Shown one piece after another: positions 52,249 through 64,000 of a stretch of DNA of 64,000 nucleotides. The position numbers and the translations under genes are program-made. The stretch is taken from positions 44,454,001-44,518,000 of the forward strand of contig OX597819.1 of assembly GCA_951406725.2 (NCBI GenBank), written 5' to 3'. Position 1 is the stretch's first letter; each line of letters starts with the position of its first letter. Source of the stretch: Octopus vulgaris. Lineage: Eukaryota. The notes under the pieces were generated by a model that saw only the letters and a list, made by a program, of their open reading frames with translations, was not told the origin of the DNA and ran no database searches.

Positions 52249-52964
52249 AGAGTGCAAGTATTTTGTCTTGATATGCTTTTGCCGCTGGTTTCTTCATGCG
52301 TAAAGTACAATGACAGAGATCCAGAACAGAAAGCACTCGTATTGTTTGTAACAATGTGCTTTTGTAGACTGACCACACTTGTGCCCTCTATACAAATCGA
52401 CAGAAGAATGTGTTTTTTGTCAAGTGAGCGACAAGCACAAAAGACATTCCATTTTTTTAATCCAATGGGGAGCTATTCCCTATTCTCGTTGATCTGTAGG
52501 GGAGTAACGGTCATTTATCATTGCGGTTGTTTTTCTATAACAAGGTTGTGGAGAAAGATTAAAATAATTGTTGGGATAGGAGCTGAAGTTTGATATCAAC
52601 CAAGCGTGTCTCGGCAGATGAATTAATGAGGTGACAACATTTGCTCACTGCTATTTAGAGTAATGCTAGAGAGCAGCTAATACAGGTGCTACTGTTGAAG
52701 CTGTTGGGCCGAACTGTTGTTTAATAATCGATTCGTTCCTGTTCATCGACAAGGGTGGTCACATACTTTTCCTCTGAATGGCAATCTTTTCAAAATATGG
52801 CAATAGCCGCAAAAACACCAGTAGTGGTAGTAAGATGGCGATAGTGAGTAGAAATATTTGTAGTATTACTAGAAGTATTAGCTGTAGGAGTAATTGTAGT
52901 AGTAGTGATAATTGTTTCTAACATAGGTACAAGGTCACAAATTTGGTGGAGAAGGGCTAGTCAA

Positions 52965-53852
52965 GGATCTTTTCAATTCTGAAGCCAGGACCACAGATCT
53001 TTCTACTTAACTAAATATTCTGAAACTTCGTATGCTGATAGAGTCTAGCAAAACAAGACACAGGTTGGAACTAGTTTATTTGAGAAAAATCTATTTTATG
53101 ACTTTAATCGTAGATTAAAACTGCGAATTTTAACCAATCAGATTGTTTGTTTTCATGTGTAAAACTTGACTGCATTCTATTAGTGTGACGTAGAAAGCGC
53201 TTTTGCGACGTACTAACGTTCGGAAAACTGTAAACAAACACAGAACGTAACGGCAGACGAAATACGGCTACGCATTTCGCCCGGCGTGCTAACGTTTCTG
53301 CCAGCTCTTTGCTTTTTTAATATTAAATTTCTTGCCTTTTGCACAAATAAATACAATAAGTGAAATGAAACGCATTAGCTTAGAAACGAAATCTTGTTAG
53401 AAGCCTCGTCACTGAGATGCCACTTCTTAATAGCAAACGAAAGCAAGTACTAACAGAATGGAAACATTTTCAATTTAATACATGTGGCTTATTAACTAGT
53501 TTTAAATATTGTTATTAGAAGGTGGCTGACTATAGGATCCTGGAAACATGAGTACGTTAAATAATTAGAAGGAGATTTCACGGAGACATGCGGCTTGTTT
53601 ACATTTAAGATGTTTAATACGTCACCAAATTGGTGGTCGAGACGGAGTAAATAAAATAAAGCCGAATGACGGAATATCATTGGTTAAAATTCTAATTATT
53701 AAACAACGTTAAACTTAGAAGTTACAATTCCGTTTTCATTCTGGTTTACAATTAAGTTTACTTTTGACACATTCTACCAGTATACGAAGTTTCAAATTGT
53801 TTGGTTCAGTAGGAAAAATTTGAAAAAACTGGCTTCAGAATTGAAAAGATCC
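52965..53852. mobile_element. Merlin-like MITE (GG..CC termini, 8-bp TSD) inserted in a SINE A, with a SINE A fragment inside (53241-53307)
   Basis: Perfect 24-bp TIR GGATCTTTTCAATTCTGAAGCCAG and perfect TSD CTAGTCAA at 52957-64 and 53853-60. Superfamily inferred from termini and TSD only. Confidence 0.82.
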
Positions 53853-54246
53853 CTAGTCAATACCATCAAACTTGAGTGGTACTTTATTTTACCTACCCTG
53901 TCAGGATTAAAGGCAAATAGAACATTGCTGGTATTTGAACTTACTATATAAACCCGAAACAAATACGAAGCATTTTGTCCGACGCTCTGAAAGCTGTGCC
54001 AATCCGTCATGCTAACGCTAGATATAAATAATAAAATATATTAGCTTTTATTGTGACGTGGCCGAAGAATACGTTTTCAGTTTTGCTTCTATGATCTCTC
54101 AAAGAAATATAAGCATATAGCAACCGCCTTTAAGTAAACTGTACAACAGGCGAAAAAACTGTAACATAAAACGTGAATTGAAATCACATCAGAAACATTA
54201 ATCTGCAGAAGTGTGTTGTCAATCAATAAAATTATCTATAATAATA

Positions 54247-55645
54247 TTTCTTTATTGCCCACAGGGGGTTAAGCACAGGGGACAAGCAAGGACAGACAAA
54301 TGAATTAATTCGATAACATCGACTCCAGTGCGTAAGTAGTACTTATTCTTTTCTACTCTAGGCACAAGGCTCGAAATCTTTGGGGAGGGTGCCAGTGTGA
54401 TTAGATCGACCCCAGTACGCACCTGGTACTTAATTTATCGACTTCGAAAGGATGCAAGGCAAACTCGACCTCGGCGGAATTTGAAATCAGAACGTAAAGA
54501 CAGACGAAATACTGCTAACGATTCTGTGAGCTCACCGCCCCTTATCTATAATAATATTGACTGCATCATTTTTGGCATATGTTTAAGTATATTAGAGCAA
54601 CTAAAAAGCAGTATTAGAGTAGAAGCGGACAAAGTAGAGGTTATGTATACTTCGTGAAAATTGGTCTGTTGCTCTACTATTTCTGTAAATTGTTTCATTG
54701 TAGGAAGAGTGCGGGGGCGGGATAGGAAAAATAGATCAACACATGTATATTACTGGTGTTTAATTAAATTATCTCTGCACAGCGAAAGACAGGGGGGACC
54801 ACCAGAATAATAATAAAACTACCTGTAATATATTTCAGTAAAACCTGCGCTCATGCTCTCCTACAAGTTTATACAAGTATTTGTCGTAAAAGTAGCAGTG
54901 TTTTTTTTTTCTTTTCTTTTTGTTTACATGGGACAAAGATTTACATAGATTCTTCGTTCGTATTTATCTTATCGATCCCAAAAGAATGAAAAGCAAAGCC
55001 GACCTCAGCGGAATTTGATCTTTGAACGTAAAAAGAAAACAAACATAGCCAATTATTTTGTCCTACACTCAGATGATTTTTGCGAATCTAACAATCATTT
55101 CTACTATAGGCACAAGGCCTCAAATTTGTTGGGAGAGGGTATGTCGATCTCAGTACTTGAGTGGTGCTTAATTCATCGACCTCGAAACGATAAAAAGCAA
55201 AGTTGACTTCGGCGGAATTTGAACTCAGAATGTAAGGAGGACGAAAATAACAACTGAACGCAATGTGATTCGAATACACAGACTGCTGATGAGCAGTCAG
55301 ACACCGGGCGAAATGCTTAGCCGTATTTCGTCTGCCGTTACGTTCTGAGTTCAAATTCCGCCGAGGTCGATTTTGCCTTTCATCCTTTCGGGGTCATTAA
55401 ATAAGTACCAGTTACGCACTGGAGTCGATATAACCGACTTAATCCGTTTGTCTGTCCTTGTTTGTTCCCGCTGTGTTTAGCCCCTTGTGAGTAGTAAAGA
55501 AATAGGTATATTGTCTGTCTTTAAATTCTAAATTCAAATTCGGTCGAGGTCAAATTTGCTTTTCATCCTTACGGATAAAATGAGTGCCAGTTGAGCAATG
55601 GAGTAGATGTAATCACTTCCCCGCTCCATCGAATTTGAAACCAAT
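54247..55645. mobile_element. Cluster of SINE A copies in both orientations (young plus-strand copy at 55302-55504)
   Basis: Family core at ~54440, ~54980, ~55180 (minus) and ~55370, ~55550 (plus). Confidence 0.85.
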
Positions 55646-56583
55646 AACAATTGACATTAAAGTCAATTCGTATATTAAATAAAACATATAGGAAAGTGTT
55701 TTCAACTATGTAGAGTAAATGTAACAAAATTATTAAAAAAAAAAATGTGGAGGAAAAGCAGAGATGTTACACACCTTGAATTGTTTTGATTATGTCAAAA
55801 CAAATTTGTTTAAAAAGTGATATAACTACAGAAAACAAGAAAAGAAATAAGATAACCCGACCTCGCACCATAGCCAAGTTCATCTCTGATCACATGGTGG
55901 GTTTCAATCTACTTGAGTATTTGGTATCGTATATATTTTTTCTTTTCTCTTGCATCCAAAATCTTTTTCCTATTCCAGTTTCGTTCTTTGGCGAATTAAG
56001 CTTCATTGTACAGTACTTTGTTTGCTGTCATTTCGATTTATATTTCTACGCTTTTCAGGTATGTGCTTTCGTTTGTCTCTCAATAGGTAATATTGTTTTG
56101 CTTGTTTGTTTCCTTTTCACTCGTGTTATTTGTATGATAACTTTATCCTTACGAAAAATAATTCGTCGCTACTTCTTGTATTAACGCAAACAACTAGTAT
56201 ATGTATATGCACAGAAGTAGATGTGAGTGTCTGAATGTGTGTATACGCCATTCAGCCTCGTATATCGATATAAAAACTCATGCATCGATGTGAAACTGAT
56301 AAACTAGTACTTTCCAACTAGATCCCATATTAAATCTGTTGTCTAATTTGCACGTACAAATCCGTATCACTTTCATCTCATAAAAGAAGGAAGTCAGAGG
56401 GTGACCCATTTGAGAAACCCGGTGCTAATAACGCTATTCTTATATATGAAACAAAAGCTAGAAACAATCTAATCGTTACCCAAAATAAAACCTACATAAA
56501 AACGACTCTACTATTTAAGGCCTTAAACGAAACCTCATATCATAAAAGAATCTGAGTAGAACAAATATTTTTTACACTGTTGT

Positions 56584-57091
56584 GACCCCCTTCGGTCATG
56601 AATGACCATGGGATTGCACCTAGAGAGTTACCCTCCGAGGCACAAGTCTGGGCAAGGATGTTTATGGAAGGCCAGCAGTCGCCCACGCATACCAGCCTCC
56701 CCTCTCCACGCCACCGATGTTATCCAAGGGAAAGGCAAAGGCCGATACAGCTTGGCACCAGTGACGTCGCAACTCATTTATTAACGTGCAAGTGGCTGAG
56801 CACTCCACAGACACGTGTACTCTTAACGTAGTTCTCGGGGAGATTCAGCGTGACACAGAGTGTGACAAGGCTGGTCCCTTTGCAATACAGGTACAACAGA
56901 AACAGGAAGAAAGAGTGAGAGAAAGTTGTGGTGAAAGAGTACAGCAGGGTTCACCACCACCCCCTACCAGAGCCTCGTGGAGCTTTAGGTGTTTTCGCTC
57001 AATAAACACTCAGAATGCCCGGTCTGGGAATCGAAACCGCAATTCCTACGACCGCGAGTTCACTTCCCTAACCACTGGGCCATTGCGCTCC
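56584..57091 (-). mobile_element. SINE C (56780-57091) fused to a SINE D body (56584-56779)
   Basis: Head homologous to 116-315; distal part homologous to 28069-28235. Confidence 0.82.
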
Positions 57092-58536
57092 ACATTTTTT
57101 TTTTTTACACTACATGCATATTACTTGATAATGTCCCACTAAAAAGTGGCAACCATAATAATACATATGTTATTTGTGAAGAAACATCCCAGGTCTAGAT
57201 GTAAATATCGAAACAAGAAAAGCTAATATCTTAAGTGTTCAGGCGACGAGAAGGCAGAATCGTTACCTCGCCGGGGAAAAATGCTTTACGTTCTGAGTTG
57301 AAATTCAGCCGAAGTCGACTTTGCCTTTCATCCTCTCGGGCTCGATACAATAAGTGCCAATCGAGAATTAGAGTCTATGTAATCGATTTAGCTCCATCCT
57401 CAAAACTGCTGGCCTCGTGCGAAAATTCGGAACCAGTGATTATGTGTTTCGGAACGAGTATGAAATCTACATTTCTTCTTGACAAACACTTGGTGGGAGT
57501 TTTTTTCCATTAATTCTTGGGATAATCTTAACTGATAAATCTCTCTGTATTACATTTGTGTGATCCTACTTCTGTCTATGAAAAAGAAAAAAACAAACTA
57601 CTAATCAAGACTATTGAAAATGTTGCAAGACGCAACGAAAATTTTAGGAAAATAAAGGAATAAGTGGAAATTTTACCGGTGAGTGTGTTAAATTATAAGG
57701 CACAAAAAGAAAATCACTCTCCCCAGACACAACAGAAACAAATAAAACAGAACGTAAAATCAAGTGCTTAAGAGGCAGAAATAGAGCAATTAAAAGAAAA
57801 AATATGTAATAAATAAGCAAAAAAAAAATGAACAGAATAAATAACAAGGAAACAAAACTACAAAGAACGCGAATAAAACCATTAAAACTAGAAGTAACAT
57901 TAAAAGCATTAATCACGAAGACAGTACGCTACATGTAAAACAAAAAAACATATAAAGTGACAAAACAAAACCGCCAACACACCTACAAGTTATCGACCAA
58001 TAAAAAAAAAAACGTAACCGGAACTACAAAAGAAAAATATGTATAAACGGCTATATAACAAAGCTGTACGAGAAGAGAAAGTTCTAAAGCAGGAAGTTTT
58101 TAATATGACAATAATCTAAAGGTAGAAAAGTTTATTAAATCATAATTGATAGTAAATCTTCCTAGGAATCAATAACATACTCTCTCAAATGGTAAAACTT
58201 AATGACGAAATATCAGCACAAGGCCAGTATGTTTGGGAAAGGGGCTGAGTCGATCATATTGACCCCAATGTTCAATTGGTACTTATTTTATCAACCTCGA
58301 AGGGACGAAAAATAAATTTGTTCATGGCGGAATTTGAACACAACGTGAAAAGAGATGAAATGCCGCTAAGCTTTTTTCCTCGACGTGCTAACGAATCTGC
58401 CAGCTTGATGCTTGACTTAATAATAAAATATCAACAACTATGAAATAAATGTGCAAATATGGCTATCATATATGTACTAGAAATTATTTTGAACGTTAGT
58501 ATTAACCAGGAGAAATCAACTAATCTCTGTAATACC

Positions 58537-58955
58537 TATTTCTTTAAAACCCACAAGGGGCTAAGCCCAGAGAGAGGACATACAAGGACAGACAAACGGA
58601 TTAAGTCGATTACACCAACCCCTGTGCGTAACTGGTACTTATTTAATCGACCCTGAAAGGATGAAAGGCAAAGTCGACCTCAGCGGAATTTGAACTCAGA
58701 ACGTAACGGCAGACGAAATACCTATTTATTTACAACCCACAAGGGGCTAAACCCAGAGAGAGGACAAACAAGGACAGACAAGCGGATTAAGTTGATTATA
58801 TCGACTCCAGTTCGTAACTGGTACTTAATTTTTCGACCCCGAAAGGATGAAAGGCAAAGTCGACCTCGGCGGAATTTGAACTCAGAACGTAACGGCAGAC
58901 GAAATACGGCTACGCATTTCGCCCGGCGTGCTAACGTTTCTGCCAGCTCGCCGCC
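58537..58955 (-). mobile_element. SINE A tandem dimer (head-body-tail-body-tail)
   Basis: Junction at 58722; 16-bp TSD-like flanks TAATCTCT(G/C)TAATACC at 58521-36 and 58966-81. Confidence 0.9.
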
Positions 58956-59193
58956 TTGTTGGTATTAATCTCTCTAATACCAACAATGATGAGGGAAGAG
59001 AGTTATTATCTTACAATTTCTTATATACGAATGTCAAAACCCAAAGAAGCAAATTTTGAAAAGAAACCAACTCTGCAAATGAGAATCACAATAAAGTACA
59101 AACGAAAGACAGAAATAGGTATACTACAGTCACTCTGTCGGTTAGGTTACAACGATGGGGGTTCCATTTGATCCGATCAAAGGAACATCCTGC

Positions 59194-59813
59194 GGATCTT
59201 TTCCTTTTGAACGGCAGATGTCAACACAATTTTTAGTTAACTAAACACTTTTAAACTTCGTATACTGGTAGAATGTGTTTATAAAACATCATTTTCTCTT
59301 GGTTTTTATTGAGAAAATTCTATAGTTTGTAAGATATTTCGTCTGAAAATCCGAGCATTTCGGTAATTTTAACCATTCGATTACCTCCATTCAACTAAAA
59401 TCATTTGCTGCGTCTAAAACTGAGACAACATCCTGTAACTAACCCTAAACCTCCCCCTAACCCTAACTTTTTTTCTTAATTGTTAAATTAATTTAATTCC
59501 ATTGCTTTAGTTTTTTTTTACACGCGTAACAATTAAATTAATTTAACAATTAAGAAAAAAAATTAGTGTTAGGGTTAGGGTTAGGGTTAGTTACAGGATG
59601 TTGTCTCAGTTTTAGACGCAGCAAATGATTTTAGCTCAAAAAAAGCATAGGATTGGTTAAAATTCGAAAAATTAAACTACGTTAAACAAATTACAATTTT
59701 CTCAAGAAAGCCAAGAGAAAAAAATGTTTTATTTTGACACATTCTACCAGTATACGAAGTTTTAAAGTGTTTAGTTAACTAGAAATTGTCTGCCGTTCAA
59801 AAGGAAAAGATCC
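59194..59813. mobile_element. Foldback MITE related to 52965-53852, with internal telomeric-type repeats
   Basis: TIR GGATCTTTTCCTTTTGAACGGCAGA; arms complementary over most of the length; (TTAGGG)3+ at 59569-59590; interrupts a SINE C-related element (59120-60050). Confidence 0.88.
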
Positions 59814-60069
59814 GAGCACTACACAGACACACGTACCCTTAATGTAGCTCTCAGGGAGATTCAGCAGGACACAGAATGCGACAAGGCTGGCCCTTTTGAA
59901 TTACAGGTATCACTCATTTTCGCCAGTTGAGTGAACTGGAGCAACGTTAAATAAAATTCTTTGCCCAAGGACACAATGCGCCGTCAGGAATCGAACTTAT
60001 GCACTTTAATCGTGAGCCGATACACTGACCACTAATCCACGTGCCTTCGCTACAGAAATAGAAATACAT

Positions 60070-60425
60070 AGGTGCAGGAATGGCTGTGTGGTCAAGAAGC
60101 TCACTTTGCAATCATGTGGTTCGGGGTTCTGTCCTAGCACGCAGCACCTTCAGCAAGTGGCTTTTTCTATAGCTCCAACTTGACTAATGCCTTGTGAATG
60201 AATTTGGTCGACGGAAACTGTGTGGAATCTGTCGACATATGTATATTTGTCCAATACCACCGCTTGACCACCGGTGCTGGTTAACATCGTAACCAGGTGG
60301 TTCGGCAAAACTGACGCTGATAGTACCAGATTCTAAAATAAGTAATGGGGACGATTTATTCGAGTAAACTCTTTAAGATGGTGCTCCAGCATGGCCTCAA
60401 TCCAACAACTGAAGCAAAATATAAA
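60070..60425 (+). mobile_element. Diverged SINE B
   Basis: GGTGCAGGAATGGCTGTGTGG head and GGTGCTCCAGCATGGCC tail. Confidence 0.8.
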
Positions 60426-62639
60426 AAAATGCATTACAGAAATATATAAATATTAGGTTTAAACATCTGAAGGCGCATGACATCGTAATTAGAATGTTCG
60501 CCTCTGATCATTAAGGGCGTTGGTTTAATTCCTGCCGGCTTGTTCTGCACTTTAATTACATTTTTTTAAATGAGTAATGATTGATAAAATAAGTACCAGT
60601 TGAATACTGGGGTCAATATAATCGACTCAACCTCTTCTCCAAACATACTGGCTTTGTTCCGATATTTCATCATTAAATTTTACCATTTGAAAGAATATGT
60701 TATCTATTCCTAGGAAGATTTACTATCAATTCTCTACTTCTCGCATGCTAGACATTCCGTTGGACCAAGTGTTAAGGCTCTGAGAAGCCCAGATGTCTAC
60801 GTCTGTGGCGATACAGGCACTTCAAACGATGAAATTAGGGGAAGATTGTTACGTGTTACGTCAAGACACTCGTGTGCAAGTGACAGTTTCAGTGTATTTT
60901 GACTAACTTTCTGAAATGCAAGAGCCCTAAGATAAGAATTCCTTGCTAAAATACAAAGATTTCACCAATCGGTAGTATTTCTGGAAAGATATATTTCGGT
61001 TCCAAATTCAAACTATGTTCACCAAGAATTAGTGAGTACATGAGTAAACAAAAAGAAAAAGAAACAAAGAGAGTTGTAAAAATAAAGACTAACTTTAAAA
61101 GAGAAATAATTCAAAGAGAATTCTCTCTCTTTCTGCACACTTCTCCTGTATCGTTCGAACACCTTTAATCAATGTGCTAAAATCGGGCTCAATCATGGTA
61201 TTAAATCTACAAAATGACAATCAGCTATCACTTTTTGTTGAGCTAAAACTGTTATGTTGCAGATGTCCCTGTTGCATACGATGCATAAATCCTGTAAAGA
61301 AGTTGAAAAAGATTCGATTTCAAGGAGAGAAAATATTAATAAAAATCTGTTTGATTTATCAAGAGAGTGTGTAAAGATTTATAACTATCCTCGGAGAGAA
61401 TTTGTCCGAGAACAGTTTTAAATCTTTAGACATTAATGAACTAGACAAAGTACTCTAGTGAATATGAAAGAAAAGTTTGGAAGGACAATAAGAGTCGCAT
61501 TAAATACTTTAAACTAAATGCTAAAAATTAGGTAATATATTAATAGTCATGTTTTAGTAAGATACTGTTATAATATTCTCTAATAGAAGTTAAGTAGCAA
61601 GATTTGATAGGAAAGTAATTACAGTATTTAGAATACAGCAGCCAAAACCATTACACATAAATATATTTAATCCAATTAAAAGCTATCAGCAAATTACAGT
61701 AACATAAGATATCTGGCAAAGAAAAAAGAGAAATCAATTGAAGTAACAGCAAATTGTGAAAAATGGCAGCGATTTGGCAATTCCTAGTGTATCTGAGCAA
61801 TGCCTAGCGGTATTTTTCTTGAGTCTTTGCGCTCCGCGTTCATATTCCACCGTGGTCAACTTTGCTTTTCAATCTTTCGTGGTCGATTCAAAAAGTACTA
61901 GCTCAGGGCAGTGGATTCGCAGAATTTTTAGAGTATCAAACGGTATGCCTCGTAATATCGATTCTGGTTCTGTGCTTTCTGAGTTTAAAACCCTCCCCGT
62001 CGCCGAAAAGGCGGTGACATGTGATTGACAGATATACTGACAGCAACCTGAAAACCCTGTGCAAGTAGATTTTTGTTTCTATTGGAAGGTGAGTACCACC
62101 CCCTTAAGAACGAGACTACATAACTAATTTCCGTATGCAAAGATGCCAACAAATATGAAACGGGCTAATGTAACTGGCAGTTATTCTAAGTTCAGAAAAG
62201 GATATTTGGAAATCTAAAAGTATTAAATTTCCGAGTTTAGTCAGTAATTTTGAAGGGTGGAAATTATTTGACACCTTCGGCATAAGTACTTTACAACCAC
62301 TTTATTTCATCGTCCCCTGGTGGGGATGAAAGGCAAAGTCGATTTCGACATTATTTGAGTTTAGAACCTAAAGACCTAGAAGAAATGTCGCAAAATATTT
62401 ATTCCAACTCTCTAATGAATTTTAGATCGACCCCAGTACGGCGGGATTTGAACTCAGAACATAACGGCAGACGAAATACAGCTACGCATTTCGCCTGGCG
62501 TGCTAACGTTTCTGCCAGCTCTCCGCCTTCGTAAGACCAATAAATCACGCCACACTGCTCAGTCTTGGGAAAAACGCAATATATATGTGTGTAGGTGTGA
62601 CACAAAGTGAGGAGTATTACACTTTGAAAAAAATATCAG

Positions 62640-63050
62640 CGTTACAGTATCCCCGTAGAAAGAAAGTGTTAAAAGTAATGGGATAGGATTATCAGAGAAG
62701 GAAATCATAAAACAAGTGCATTTAAAGTGTTACAAATGCTCGGTATTTAGGAAGATGTAGAAAATTGTATACAAATACTTAAGAAACTGACATGAATGTT
62801 CACAAAGAAGTATTTTAGATTAAAAATAATGATTAAATCTAAGATAAATGATAAAAATAAGAATCTTAGTATTAATATATGGTCCATATTTCTTTTGAAG
62901 TAAAGGAAGAAATCCTAGAAGGGTGTTTTAGATCCGAAAACTTAAAAGCTATGAGTATATAAGGAATTATGGAATATTCCATTCCCTAAAGTAGTGTTAG
63001 TAAGATTTATATGCCATTTTTTTTTAAAGAGCGAGATGATTAATTAGTTG
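62640..63050 (+). pseudogene. Highly decayed non-LTR RT C-terminal region, possibly R4/Dong-like
   Basis: Remnant peptides RLKIMIKSKINDKNKNLSINIW and, across a frameshift, H.PKSSVSKIYMP resemble KILKSKLNxxNKxxAINTW and HPKxxVxRLYxP. Confidence 0.4.
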
Positions 63051-64000
63051 TGATGAAAATACTGTGGCAGGGTACATATCGAAGTAGGAGTGAAATGGTA
63101 AAGTCACCGGAGAGTCGGACGAACAGCCTTGTTTTATATGTTCTGTCGTTCTGCCTTCTGAGATCGAATCTCAGTGTGGAATTGCTTGAGCGTTGGACAG
63201 GGTCCCTTGGAATGTTTGTTTCGACTCTGCATTCTGAGTTCAAATCCTACTGACGGTTACAAAAAGAAAAAAATAAATGAGAAAAAAAAAATAATAATTA
63301 GCGGTGAAACATCTTTTGGGAGCTACAACCACTGAGAGATAGTATCAGAAACTGATGAAAAATGATTGGAAAAGTAGTTCAATGCTTTGATCGGAAATTC
63401 TACTCAGATACAAATACATAATGAATAATGTAAAATCCAGTGATGGAAAAGATTGGGAAAGTTGGAATTTTTAAAACTGAAAAATTCATCTGACCAAGTA
63501 GTTCTATGATATATCAGGTTAAAACATATCAAAAGAAGTTCCTAAATAGCCAATGGTCGACCAGATTGTGTAGGGTTGAACAAACAATATATATAACGAA
63601 AAAATATCAAAATATAGGATTTGAAAACAGATTTCTAACCACAGTTTAACGGAAATATGTTTAATGAAACTATATAAACCGTAAGACCAATAAATCATAC
63701 TAGACTGCTCAGTCTAGGGGAAAAACACAAGATGTCTGTATATATATATATATATATATATATGGCACCCAAAATAAACAGGGAATTTGACAATATATAT
63801 AAAATGGTAGACATATGATGTTGTTTGGCGCCAATTCAGTCCCTTAATCGAGCAGTGCTATGATTAAAGATATTTCAGCCGTGATTACCCTCTCTTTATA
63901 CATTCGTGTGTGTGTAGAATAACCAGTGTAAAATATTTGACTTACACTTTGACAGTATGGCAAATACTGTGACAAAAACTGTAATATAACTGGAGGAAGT

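Noticed and set aside
55279-55334. Hammerhead-like CTGATGA..GAAA arrangement
   Set aside because: Stem II is only 2 bp, a competing hairpin (GACTGC/GCAGTC) sequesters the core, and the GAAA half is ordinary SINE A sequence. Likely a chance junction.
59563-59590. Chromosome end or telomere fusion
   Set aside because: Only about four units, internal to a MITE arm and mirrored in the opposite arm.

Overview
AT-rich, repeat-saturated eukaryotic DNA, intergenic or intronic. I found no convincing host protein-coding exon, rRNA, genuine tRNA or CRISPR array. The dense microsatellites and the tRNA-derived SINE families resemble an Octopus (coleoid cephalopod) genome; this is an inference from recalled repeat families, not a database result. 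Repeats present: at least four SINE families (labelled A-D here), non-LTR relics (Tx1/L1-like, CR1/L2-like, possibly R4/Dong-like), Tc1/mariner relics, hAT, Merlin-like and Helentron-like MITEs, and two large tandem arrays (16-bp and 52-bp units). Main findings: (1) a 6.3-kb composite (45004-51331) bounded by TIR-like ends and an 8-bp TSD, which splits a SINE and encloses LINE fragments and a palindromic 52-bp satellite with a higher-order duplication; (2) a SINE-head + VNTR + LINE-tail chimera reminiscent of SVA (22977-24307); (3) an in-window LINE/SINE pair sharing a 43-nt 3' end, with recurrent SINE-into-SINE junctions at one site; (4) two minimal hammerhead-ribozyme-like motifs; (5) a foldback MITE carrying TTAGGG repeats. 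All coordinates and alignments were read by eye; ends of decayed elements are approximate.
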